Positions 28,444 through 38,383 of a DNA stretch of 64,000 nucleotides are shown here, in pieces. The DNA lies in contig CM000435.1 of NCBI GenBank assembly GCA_000165345.1, positions 352,001 through 416,000 on the forward strand. The letters run 5' to 3'. The notes under the pieces are model-generated. The model made no database searches. It was given only the letters and a program-made list of their open reading frames with translations, and was not told where the DNA came from. Positions within the stretch are counted from its first letter, which is position 1. Every line of letters begins with the position of its first letter. Made by a program: the position numbers and the translations under genes.

Positions 28444-31400
28444 TTGAGAAAATTTTTTTTGATTATGAGTAAATTTTATATATTAGGAAATGGAAAATAT
28501 ACTTTGGGAGTTTGTGCGATGGAAAACAAAGTAGAAAGTCCCCCAATGAAGAGTATTTTAAATAGAATAACAGAGACAGGAGAATTTACAATAATAGTAT
28601 TTATGCAGGACATGATATTGAATGAAGATATATTAAATTGGCCTAAAGTAGACTGTTTGATTTCATTTTATTCCACTGGATTTCCATTAAATAAAGCAAT
28701 TTCATATGCAAAATTAAAAAAACCAATAATATTAAATGATTTAGAAAAGCAAATTCTTATGAGAAGTAGATTGGAAATATATAATGTTTTGGACAAGTGG
28801 AAAATACCAAGACCGGAGTGCATAATAATAAATCATAGTGAACTATCTGAAGAGAATCATGATATATTTTATGAGGAGTACGACTTCATTACATATAAAG
28901 GGCACAAAATACAGAAACCCTTCATTGAAAAGCCAATATTTTCTGATAACCACGATAATTGGATATACTACCCAGAGAATAGTGGAGGGGGATGTAAGAA
29001 ATTGTTTAGAAAAATTGGGGATAGAAGTAGTGAATATGACCCAAGTTTATGGAAGATCAGAAAGGATGGGACATACATTTATGAAAAGTTCTTACCTACA
29101 TTTGGAACCGATATTAAAGTATATACAGTCGGTCCAATGTTTGCTCATGCCGAAGCAAGAAAGTCTCCTTGTTTGGATGGAAAAGTACAGAGAACTGAAA
29201 AAGGAAAGGAAGTCCGATACTCTGTTATGTTAAGTTACGAGGAAAAGTTAATAGCTCACCAGATTGTTAAAGCATTTAATCAAACAATCTGTGGTTTCGA
29301 TATCCTAAGAACTGTCACTGGAAAATCAGTTGTATGTGATGTAAATGGATTTAGTTTTGTTAAAGGAAATGAAAAATATTATAATGATTGTGCTCAAATT
29401 ATTACATCATTATTTATTAAAAAGCTCTTTAAAAAGAATAAAATCATACCAATGATCAAATTTGAAAAGAAAAAAAATATGATTTCACTAACAAAAAAAT
29501 TCAACGAGAAAAACTCTGAAATTCAAGATGATTCCAAATTTAACAGTAATGTGAAACAGGAACAACAAAAAGATGAGCTTAGCACAGTTATTGTGATAAT
29601 GAGACACGGGGTCAGAAAGCCCAAGCTAAAGTTGAAGTTTGAAACTCAAGACCACAGAATTATTTCGTTGATTTCAGATGGGAAAGAAGAAACAAGGCTC
29701 AAATCTCCAGAAGAGCTTTCTCTTTTATTGGTAAAAAATACACTTATCTTGGAAAATTTATTCATGTATCTTGAAGATCATTCAAAAATTTTGTCAGATA
29801 ATGAAATCCATACAATATGTAAAGTTTTAAATAATCATCTAAAATTACAGGCATTTCTGGGTGATGGAAAAGGATTTTCTGGGGTAAATAGGAAGGTACA
29901 ATTAAAACAAATTGTACATGCAGAAAACAGTTTAAACAATAAAAAAACAGTATTGTTGGTAGCAAAGTGGGGAGGAGAACTCACTAGAATAGGATGCGAA
30001 CAGGCTGAGGAACTTGGGAAACATTTGAGAGCTACATTATATCCAGGTGACTCGGAGGGATTGCTAAGACTTCATTCTACCTTTAGACACGATTTAAAGA
30101 TTTACTCAAGTGACGAAGGCCGATGTCAGGTAACAAGTGCAGCTTTTACAAAAGGGTTTTTAGATTTGGAGGGAGATTTGGCTCCAATTTTAGTTCAGTT
30201 GGTCATTCGAGATTCTTTTGCTCGAAATTTATTAGATGATCCGCATCTAACTATAGAAAGGAAGAAATGCAAGGAAATTATTGAAGAATTGTTAAATATT
30301 GATAAGGTTGTAGGATATGAAGAAATTTTAGAGGTTTGGAAGAACTACAAATCTGATTTGAAAGAAGACTTTCCATCAGAACAAGTTATAAGAACTTTAA
30401 TGTCTTGTGGAAATCCCTATTCTACTTTGAAAAAATTACATATGCTCATGAAAGAATTGGTGATGAAAATTCATATAGATCAAGATGAAGAAAATAATAT
30501 TGTAATTTATCAAGGCTTTAGACAAAGTTTGGATTCGTTATTTAAAGTTCATAGTTCTGAGAAAAATGATGGTTTTCCTGTATCTCAAGAGATGATGCAA
30601 CGTTGGAACCAATTAACTACATCATTTTTTAATGAAGAAACTCAAAAATTTCTGACTGCAAAGATTCCAGATATAGTGGATAATGCAATGTATGATATAT
30701 ATTACAATGTTAACTTTATTAAGAATGAGGTTTCTTTACTACTTTATGAAATCTACGAGACAGTGGTTCCAGTTGGCGAATTTGTAAGTTTGTTTCAATA
30801 TGGATTATCAGGAGACCAAAAAGTAAGTATAGGGAAAGCTATTACAGAGAATTTGATAGAAAAGCTACTACAGGATGTCAAATATTCGTATTTAAAAAAA
30901 TTACAATGCGAAAATAATGAGAGGAAAGAAAACGAAAATCAAGACAAAACTGCAGGATTTAATTTTAAGAATGGTAAAAAAATATTTAATAAGGCAGTTG
31001 CAAGCAAGAAAAATGGTTCTTTCAATTTCCATAAAGTTCATCCAGAAGAACATATTCGACTTAAAGAAGAGGAGGCAAAAGCTTTTGGAATTAAGTCACC
31101 TTGGAGGATAGTTAGAAGTAGATTTTACGTAACTTCAGCATCACATATTCAATCATTAGCAAATATATTTTCCTCAATGTATAAGAAACAAATATCTCTC
31201 AATGACAAAACCAGTTTATTGGATTTGGAAAATACTTTTTCAGAACTCAATTACTTGAGCCATTTAGTAATTCGGGTATGGGAAAGCAAATCAGTTTCAG
31301 AATCTAATCAAGATAGATTTAAGTTGGAGATGTTTGTAAGTAAGGGTGTAAAAAACAAAATAGGTCATATTTTTACTACTGGAATTGAAGCAGATAATCA

Positions 31401-31509
31401 AATCACAAGTCAAAGAATAAGTGAGTTGTTTCCCTTAAAGAAAGTTACATTAAAGAACTTTAATATCACTGAGTTTGAAAACAAAATCAGAGAATTAATA
31501 AAAGATTAA
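28444..31509 (+). CDS. Diphosphoinositol-pentakisphosphate kinase (PPIP5K/Vip1): N-terminal ATP-grasp kinase domain plus C-terminal histidine-acid-phosphatase domain
   Basis: N-terminus LGVCAMENKVESPPMKSILNRI (the Vip1 signature). RimK-like ATP-grasp segments. Histidine-phosphatase RHG motif VIMRHGVRKPK. The start may be the Met at 28465 (MSKFYILG). A GCATGCATGC/CACGTAAT promoter cluster lies at 28311-28400. Confidence 0.85.
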   Translation: MRKFFLIMSKFYILGNGKYTLGVCAMENKVESPPMKSILNRITETGEFTIIVFMQDMILNEDILNWPKVDCLISFYSTGFPLNKAISYAKLKKPIILNDLEKQILMRSRLEIYNVLDKWKIPRPECIIINHSELSEENHDIFYEEYDFITYKGHKIQKPFIEKPIFSDNHDNWIYYPENSGGGCKKLFRKIGDRSSEYDPSLWKIRKDGTYIYEKFLPTFGTDIKVYTVGPMFAHAEARKSPCLDGKVQRTEKGKEVRYSVMLSYEEKLIAHQIVKAFNQTICGFDILRTVTGKSVVCDVNGFSFVKGNEKYYNDCAQIITSLFIKKLFKKNKIIPMIKFEKKKNMISLTKKFNEKNSEIQDDSKFNSNVKQEQQKDELSTVIVIMRHGVRKPKLKLKFETQDHRIISLISDGKEETRLKSPEELSLLLVKNTLILENLFMYLEDHSKILSDNEIHTICKVLNNHLKLQAFLGDGKGFSGVNRKVQLKQIVHAENSLNNKKTVLLVAKWGGELTRIGCEQAEELGKHLRATLYPGDSEGLLRLHSTFRHDLKIYSSDEGRCQVTSAAFTKGFLDLEGDLAPILVQLVIRDSFARNLLDDPHLTIERKKCKEIIEELLNIDKVVGYEEILEVWKNYKSDLKEDFPSEQVIRTLMSCGNPYSTLKKLHMLMKELVMKIHIDQDEENNIVIYQGFRQSLDSLFKVHSSEKNDGFPVSQEMMQRWNQLTTSFFNEETQKFLTAKIPDIVDNAMYDIYYNVNFIKNEVSLLLYEIYETVVPVGEFVSLFQYGLSGDQKVSIGKAITENLIEKLLQDVKYSYLKKLQCENNERKENENQDKTAGFNFKNGKKIFNKAVASKKNGSFNFHKVHPEEHIRLKEEEAKAFGIKSPWRIVRSRFYVTSASHIQSLANIFSSMYKKQISLNDKTSLLDLENTFSELNYLSHLVIRVWESKSVSESNQDRFKLEMFVSKGVKNKIGHIFTTGIEADNQITSQRISELFPLKKVTLKNFNITEFENKIRELIKD

Positions 31510-31578
31510 TATTGAATTCTTATTATTAACTTGGGATTATTATTGACAAAATATAGGTGAAAGTTAATAATCATTAAA

Positions 31579-34374
31579 TTAAGTCCTACAAATTAAATTA
31601 CACCAATATGGACATCTTGGAGTATTATTATCCACAATTGCATTTGCTCCAATATAACCATTCATTTTTTGATAATTTGGTTGTTGGTATTGAGGAAATT
31701 GATTGTGATTATTCATGTATTGGTAATTACTTCTATTATAATTATTACCAGAAAAGTTTCCAAAATGTGGATCATAATGCATATTTAAGTATGGTCCAGG
31801 GAAACATGGAACAAATCCTCCACATGCTCCATTCATTCTGGCTATTGGACCACCAACTTCAAGGGAAGGATAAATTTCATTTCCTGAATCAAAATTATTA
31901 GGTCCATTTTGGTTGAGATGATACTTGTGATTGGTTGCGTTAACTTTGCCGTTATTATCATCATTATTGAAGGAATTTTGGTTAGCTTTTCCATTTGGAG
32001 ATTTCTTTTTTATTAATTTGGTATTTTTTTTGTTTGGATTATTTTGAAATAAACTGCTACTTGACTTGGCTGCATTCAGTATAACATTGGATTTATTTTC
32101 TGCTACAAAGTCTCTGGTTGCAGCTCTGGAATGATGGTTGCCTTGAAACTTTGTTCTTCCTCTAGATCCCTCCTCAATGTTTGGGCTCAATCTTTCTGAG
32201 CTTGAGTTTGGCTTTAATCCAACTTTTGATAATGGAGATTTGCTGGTAATTGAGTTATTGCTATTAATACTGCTAAAGCTTCCAATACTTGAAGACAAGT
32301 TTTTATCTCTGTAATATTTATCCTGTAGTTCACACAAAGATGGTATTTCTTCAATACTTTTGGTATTTTTTTCACAATGGAAATTAGAAAGTTGATTTTC
32401 TTGAACAGGGACAGAAATTGATCTCTTTGATTCAATTCTGCTTAATGGTTTGAATTTAAAAGATTCATTATATGATTGGACAATTTTTTGTATTGGGGGC
32501 TTTCTAGTGACAAAATTAGTTTGTTCTTCTTCTTGGGAAAGCATTTCATCTCTCAAAAGTGGCAGATCAGTATTTGGTAATTTTCCAGAGTTATTTTTAT
32601 TAAAAGTCACTTCATAGCTATCATGGTTATTTTGTTCAAATCTATGTTCATCTTCACTAAAAAATATACTGGCTTCGTTATCATTTTGGGATTTATGTTG
32701 GTAATAAGTTGATTGAAAGTCTTTTTTTAGATTTTCAACTTGATTCAAATCTTCGTTCAGTTCATCTTGATCTTGTTTGATTTGTATCTTTTTATAAAGC
32801 AGTTCCAGATTATCAAGTTTGTCTTGAAGGCCTTTAATGAGTACCCCTTCCATGGATGAAATCACATCTTCCTTTTCCTTCAAGCACTGGTCTAAGGCTA
32901 AGTTTGTATTTGAAAGTTCCAAGCTAAGTCTAGAAAGAGCTTGAAAAAGTTGGGATTTTGGGTCCAGATCTTCCTTTTGGCTCTTTTGTTCATTTTTAAC
33001 TTTGGTTTCATCCTTATCTAAATAATCATTAGTATGGTCATATTCGCCTATATTTTCATCTTGAGCTCCACTTTTACTTTGATCTTGACTTTTACTTTTA
33101 TTCTGACCTTCAAGATGGATATGATTGGTTTCTTTATAATTATTATCAAAAACATGTTCAAACTTCTGATTTGAGTTTAATTCATGAGATACATTTTTAG
33201 GATTGGAACTTTTTGGAGATTTGGATATCTTGGCTTGGTCTATTGAAGATAATTTGTCTGTCAAATTACAAACAGTTTTAGACTTCAAATCTTTCGATAA
33301 AACTGCAGATTCTGCTTCTTTACCTGATCCATGAATGAGAAGATACATATTACGTGAATCATTTTTTGGACTTACATAGTTATTTTTCAAAGGAACTTTC
33401 TCACGCAGTTCGTTAATAAAAAGACTTTTTTGGATTATAACTTTATTTCTATCGTAGGGATTATTTGGTGATTCTTGAGATTTGCACAAACAAGGACTCA
33501 AAGTGAGATTTTTAAAGGTTTTTACAATTTCGCATTGGATAGATTCAATCTTGGAAGCGTGGTCAATCTCATCTTGTATCTTTTTGGAAATCATCTCAGA
33601 GTTTCTAAATTGGTCAAAATCACTATCTTTTGGAGAATCACTAACATCTTTCTCCTCACTACTATCATTAAATTGAGGAAATAAATCATGGTAATATTCT
33701 GGAAAATCTTCATTGGATCTAAATTTTTTATTATATTCATAATCACTTTTATTACCTTTTAAATTGGAACTTTTAAAATATTTTTTTCTTATGTTGGATT
33801 TAAGTTCTTTTCCATTATATTTGCTCCCAACAGAAACTCCCATTGGCCCAGAGTTTGGTGAAGAACATTTGTCTAGATCTTGAGATAAAAGTTTTTCAAT
33901 CTTTCCAATTTCTGGATTTTTTTCGACTGTAATGGTTTCATTACTATTTGCTTCAACATTATCATTATCATTCTTAATGGGCAATTCTGGAACCGTCTTC
34001 TTAACAAGTAATGCATCCTTTACATGACTGACGTTATATTTATGGCGCTCACTTGATAAAATTGAATTACTCTTGAGATCTCTTACCCGATTTTCCATAG
34101 AATTATTGGCTTTATTCTTATTCTTAATGATATCAGAAATACTGTTGGTTATACTTCTTGCCAAATCATCAGAAATGACTAATTGTTTCTGAGGTGCAAT
34201 TTGCAGGTTAGTGGGAGATTTTTCATTTGTGGTGTTTACCCAACGAACAACTTCGTCAGATTCCACTACATTTAATGATGTTGCTACTTCTTCATTTCCA
34301 AATTTTGCGTCATTCAAAGTCATATATAGTGGGATCTGCGATTTTGGTGCTCGAAGGATCACTTTAACCTTCAT
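31579..34374 (-). CDS. Hypothetical 931-aa low-complexity (N/S/K-rich) protein
   Basis: Uninterrupted ORF. Compact N-terminal domain of about 90 aa, then a long low-complexity body. The C-terminus is ...CPYWCNLICRT. No known motif recognised. Confidence 0.45.
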   Translation of the reverse strand: MKVKVILRAPKSQIPLYMTLNDAKFGNEEVATSLNVVESDEVVRWVNTTNEKSPTNLQIAPQKQLVISDDLARSITNSISDIIKNKNKANNSMENRVRDLKSNSILSSERHKYNVSHVKDALLVKKTVPELPIKNDNDNVEANSNETITVEKNPEIGKIEKLLSQDLDKCSSPNSGPMGVSVGSKYNGKELKSNIRKKYFKSSNLKGNKSDYEYNKKFRSNEDFPEYYHDLFPQFNDSSEEKDVSDSPKDSDFDQFRNSEMISKKIQDEIDHASKIESIQCEIVKTFKNLTLSPCLCKSQESPNNPYDRNKVIIQKSLFINELREKVPLKNNYVSPKNDSRNMYLLIHGSGKEAESAVLSKDLKSKTVCNLTDKLSSIDQAKISKSPKSSNPKNVSHELNSNQKFEHVFDNNYKETNHIHLEGQNKSKSQDQSKSGAQDENIGEYDHTNDYLDKDETKVKNEQKSQKEDLDPKSQLFQALSRLSLELSNTNLALDQCLKEKEDVISSMEGVLIKGLQDKLDNLELLYKKIQIKQDQDELNEDLNQVENLKKDFQSTYYQHKSQNDNEASIFFSEDEHRFEQNNHDSYEVTFNKNNSGKLPNTDLPLLRDEMLSQEEEQTNFVTRKPPIQKIVQSYNESFKFKPLSRIESKRSISVPVQENQLSNFHCEKNTKSIEEIPSLCELQDKYYRDKNLSSSIGSFSSINSNNSITSKSPLSKVGLKPNSSSERLSPNIEEGSRGRTKFQGNHHSRAATRDFVAENKSNVILNAAKSSSSLFQNNPNKKNTKLIKKKSPNGKANQNSFNNDDNNGKVNATNHKYHLNQNGPNNFDSGNEIYPSLEVGGPIARMNGACGGFVPCFPGPYLNMHYDPHFGNFSGNNYNRSNYQYMNNHNQFPQYQQPNYQKMNGYIGANAIVDNNTPRCPYWCNLICRT

Positions 34375-34624
34375 AATTCTTTTTTGTATTTATTCTTCCT
34401 CTTCTTTACCTTTCCTCCACCTTTTTTTTAAAATTCAACTGTTTCGTTGAAATTTGAAAAATTAATTAATTTTCAAGCATTGAAAATTTATTAATTTTTC
34501 TATTTAACTACTTCTTTCAATTTCAAAGAATTGTCTTTGAAAACTTTTGTGTGTTTTACATATCAATGTTTTTTTGTTATCTATTCACATTTTCCTACAT
34601 TATTCTAGTCAAGGCATACAATAC

Positions 34625-34646
34625 TTTTGGCGGGAATATTGGCGCC
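34625..34646. promoter_or_regulatory. Tandem E2F-like sites TTTTGGCGGGAA plus TTGGCGCC, upstream of the 31579-34374 gene
   Basis: acttttggcgggaatattggcgccatga. Together with the GCATGT/GCATGC x6 run at 34837-34870, it lies about 250-500 bp upstream of the ATG at 34374. Confidence 0.5.
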
Positions 34647-34880
34647 ATGATGCACACTAAATTAAAAGTAGGTAAGGTATTATTTAACAAGGAAATTTTT
34701 GACAAGAAGAGAATAGGAAGGTTTTGAGGTGAAGAAGAAAGAAATAATAATAGTGGAGAGGAGTAGATATTTAATTATGGGTGGAGTAGATTAAATTGGT
34801 AAGAAATGATATAGTTTAGAGCAGTAATAAAAAGCTGCATGTATGTATGTATGCATGCATGCATGCAAATAATAGTATTG

Positions 34881-36167
34881 TTAAATTAGGAAAGGCTTTC
34901 TTTGATTTTTATTTTTTGAATTTTTCCTGTCATTAATAATTTTGGTACACTAATAAGTAATAGATATTGTAGGAAGGTAGCAAAAACATAAGTTAGGGTG
35001 AAATGAGGAGAAAAGAAAGGATTAGACTTACTTGTTGAAGTTTAGTTCTAACCTCAATATTTTGAGGTTCTATTGTTGCAGCTTTGTATAGGTCTATTCT
35101 GGCTTCATCCGGATCATCGAGTTTGAGATATGATGATGCTCTAAGATAGAGAGCTTTGACATTATTCTAAAAAAAGTTGAGTTTTATGAATTGTTAAGTA
35201 TATATTTGAGTAAGACTTACTTTGTCTAATTTCAGGGTTTCTGTACAGTATTTAAGAACGGATTTGTACTCTTGAAGTTTGATCATACAGCTAGATGAGT
35301 AATAAATAATTTAAGTAATATGAAAAAAAGGTTAACTTACTTAGAGATATTAAGGAGTACAGAAATTTTGATAGGTTTTGAGTCATTTTGTTGTTCAGAG
35401 GTCCATTCTTCAAAGTTATCGAGATATTGGATAGAGTTTTCATAGTGAATCTTTGCAGTTTGATAATCTCCAAGGTTGTAATAATGGTTTCCAAGATTCT
35501 TAGAATCCAGAGAGAGTTGCATTCTTTGTATTGGAGAAGTAAAGACTTTTTTTGTGCTTGTGACAATATCTGGAACCTGATCCTTTTTGGTTATAGAAAG
35601 GAGTTCGACTATGATCTGGATGATTTTAAAAGGTGAGTAGTAATTATAATAGATTATAGCAATAAGGTTATTGTGGAGGAAAAATTCACTCCAAAATCAT
35701 CTCTCAAAGTAACTTACTTGAAAATTCTTAAGACAACTTTCCTCATGTTTACTTGAATCTGAGCCAATTTCTGTGCTAAAAGATGATATCTCTGAAACAA
35801 AATTTGGATCTGAGTTTTCCAAGTTTGTAATACATATAGATTCTCCTACATTGATTCCACATATCTTCTGCTCAATCTGTGGGTCAACTACACCAGATCC
35901 AATTACAAAGCTATATTCAATCTCATTTCGAACTTAAGTAGGAAAAATGGTATTGAATACAAAATAACAAAATGAGATTAATTGTTTGGAAAAGAGAATG
36001 AGTAAAAATCTTTGTAATAAATATGAACCTCCAGAGCTTTTACATTTAAACTTACCATTTGGAATTTCGGAAATGAGTGGATGATCTTTCAGAATGGTCT
36101 TGTACTTAATATTTACCAAGTCCCCAGTCTCAGGCATCCCATTATTAGGATTCTGCTCTAAAGTCAT
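34881..36167 (-). CDS. FKBP-like domain plus TPR-domain protein (FKBP35/FKBP38-type), six exons
   Basis: Minus-strand exons: 36056-36167, 35718-35932, 35341-35614, 35221-35290, 35032-35166, 34881-34949. All five donors are GTAAGT (seen as ACTTAC on the plus strand) and all junctions keep the frame. Exons 1-2 encode GDLVNIKYKTILKD...FVIGSGVVDPQIEQKICGINVGESICITN (FKBP pattern). Exons 3-5 encode TPR repeats (LGNHYYNLGDYQTAKIHYENSIQYL...). Exon coordinates may be off by 1-2 nt. Confidence 0.55.
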
Positions 36168-36354
36168 TTATCCCAAGAATCAAGTAAAATCAGTGTGTGT
36201 GCGTATATTTGTACCACTCTCCGCAATTTATCCTACTTCTACACTTCTAAACTAGTCTTTTCTGTATTTTTTTCCCCAGTTATTCTTCCCTTTATAAAAT
36301 TCTTTTACCGTTACTTTTTATTTGTTTTCACGCATTGCCCGCCTGGTCAAATCT

Positions 36355-36364
36355 TTTGGCGGGT
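36355..36364. promoter_or_regulatory. E2F-like TTTTGGCGGG in the 280-bp divergent spacer between the FKBP-TPR gene and NOB1
   Basis: atcttttggcgggttc. Confidence 0.5.
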
Positions 36365-36446
36365 TCTTTGTGGAGGCAAATTATCAAAAAAAGACTAGAG
36401 GATCTTAGGAGCAAAGATAGAAGCGGAGAGAAGAGAATTTGAAGGA

Positions 36447-37661
36447 ATGGGTAGATATATAATATTGGATACAGGCGCTATATTGCGACTAGGGAAACAT
36501 GACTTTATGGACGATGTTTTGTTAACGGTACCTTCAGTAATTCGAGAGGTAAAGGATAAAAAGGCATTGGAGAAGATGTTTTACTTGCAAGATAGGATTC
36601 AGGTAATGGAGCCTTCAGAACAGGATTGCGGTTTTGTGAAGAAGTTTTCTAAAGAGACTGGCGATTTTGGGTTTCTTTCAGAGACAGACTTTCAAGTAAT
36701 TGCATTAACCTTGTCTTACCACAAGAAGTATGATGAAATTTCAAAGCTTAACAGTAAGCCTAGAGAGATTAGTCTTGTTACCAAGTCTGAAGAGGTGGGA
36801 AGTTGCGAGAAAGGGATGGATAAGGACTTACAGGAGGTAGAAATGGAGACTGGTGAGCAGAAAGAACAAAGCACAGAAGATGAGGATGACTGGGAGACTG
36901 CTAATGGACAAAGCAGCAGAAGAGAGGAAGTTCAGTCAGGGGAAGATGAGGAAGAGGAGGAGGAGTGTGAGGAAGAGGAGTGCGAGGAGGATGAGGATGT
37001 CTCCAAGGGACTGGAAGATGATGTGTTTTCTGGAGGATGGATTACCAAGGCAAATATTACAAGTGTTATGGGAGGTTTATCTTCTGGATCCCAGAGCCAC
37101 TTTGTGGTAGCATGTATGACCACTGACTATTCTATGCAGAATGTATTACTCCAGATGGGTTTGAATCTTGTAGAGATACATGGGTTATCGGTTAAAACTA
37201 TTAAGAGGTGGGGGCTTCTTTGCTGTGGATGTTATACTTATGAGAGAGATACAAGCCGAAAGTTTTGTGGAAAGTGCGGAAATGCTACTTTAGATAGAGT
37301 TCCAATTAAAGTTTCTTCTGATGGAACAATTGAATTAGACTGCTATAGAAAGAAAGTGAACCTAAGAGGAACTATTTACTCTATTCCTAAGCCAAGAAGA
37401 GGTGTTAGAAATCAAGAAATCATTTTGGCAGAGGATCAACTTATGATGGGAGGAAGACAAAGGTTACTAAATCATCAAAGAAAGAAATGGGAGAAGGCTT
37501 GCAAGGAAAGGGACCCTTTTTCTAATAGTGGAGCTGATCTTGAAAGCAGTTGGGGGAAGCAGTTTGGAAGTTTTAGGTACCCCGAAATAAAAATTGGAAT
37601 GGGAAGAGGAAACCCAAATTCTAATAGTTGGCAGAAGAAACGTAGTGGTAAGAAAAAATGA
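36447..37661 (+). CDS. NOB1: 20S pre-rRNA D-site endonuclease NOB1 (PIN domain plus zinc ribbon)
   Basis: N-terminal PIN domain (MGRYIILDTGAILR). Acidic insert. C-terminal zinc ribbon CCGCYTYERDTSRKFCGKCGN. TTTTGGCGGG lies about 85 bp upstream in the divergent spacer shared with the FKBP-TPR gene. Confidence 0.8.
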   Translation: MGRYIILDTGAILRLGKHDFMDDVLLTVPSVIREVKDKKALEKMFYLQDRIQVMEPSEQDCGFVKKFSKETGDFGFLSETDFQVIALTLSYHKKYDEISKLNSKPREISLVTKSEEVGSCEKGMDKDLQEVEMETGEQKEQSTEDEDDWETANGQSSRREEVQSGEDEEEEEECEEEECEEDEDVSKGLEDDVFSGGWITKANITSVMGGLSSGSQSHFVVACMTTDYSMQNVLLQMGLNLVEIHGLSVKTIKRWGLLCCGCYTYERDTSRKFCGKCGNATLDRVPIKVSSDGTIELDCYRKKVNLRGTIYSIPKPRRGVRNQEIILAEDQLMMGGRQRLLNHQRKKWEKACKERDPFSNSGADLESSWGKQFGSFRYPEIKIGMGRGNPNSNSWQKKRSGKKK

Positions 37662-37977
37662 AAATTTTTCATTTTTCTCAGACTCGACTCAATATATTAA
37701 TCATTATGTTTTCACTGCTATTACCAGAATCCAAGGCTTAAGATAACTAAGGTTGTTTCTCAATTTTGACTCGAATATTATCAGAGAGTTTAATAGGTAC
37801 GGATTTGGAATTAGACATTTAAGACACTGTTTTTTCCTAATTTTTATTAAAGAGAAGAGCTAGAACATAAATCAAATATGCTTATAATCATAATCAAACA
37901 AAAGCCAATCTAGAATAAATATTAGCATTTTTTTCAACCCAAACTTAATTACTCTAAACTTAATTTTCCTCGTTCTA

Positions 37978-38204
37978 TATATGCATGCAAACATTAACCC
38001 GCCAAACCCCCAACCAAACTTTGACTTATAAATTCTTCAGATTTGCATGTAACCAGTTTTACCACGTGTACTAAAAACTTCTTTAAATCAACCCCTCACC
38101 CTATAATGGTCTACCGCCCATTATGTAATTAATTCATTTTTTTTACTTTTATTGCATTTTTAAATAAGTTGGAGGCATACAAATTAGAGCACTTTGGCGC
38201 CAAT
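37978..38204. promoter_or_regulatory. AspRS upstream region: GCATGCAAACA, TGCATGTAACCAGTTTTACCACGTG and TTTGGCGCCAA
   Basis: atgcatgcaaacatt... (37981), tttgcatgtaaccagttttaccacgtgtac (38042-38071), actttggcgccaatt (38191-38205). Confidence 0.55.
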
Positions 38205-38383
38205 TACAAAAAGTAAATGTGATGTTAACAAATTAAAGATGGACGCGTCTAAGATAAAGACGAGAATAAATAAAGTTTGAAAAGGATTTCTATAAGAATA
38301 ATTTAGGATAAAGTTTTTGTGAGAATTGGATTCATAAGTATCAGTTTGGAGTTAAGATAGATAATTTACTGGAAAATAATTAA

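Noticed and set aside
36195-36398. 67-aa ORF between the FKBP-TPR gene and NOB1
   Set aside because: It sits in a 280-bp divergent promoter that carries the TTTTGGCGGG site. No protein-like composition.
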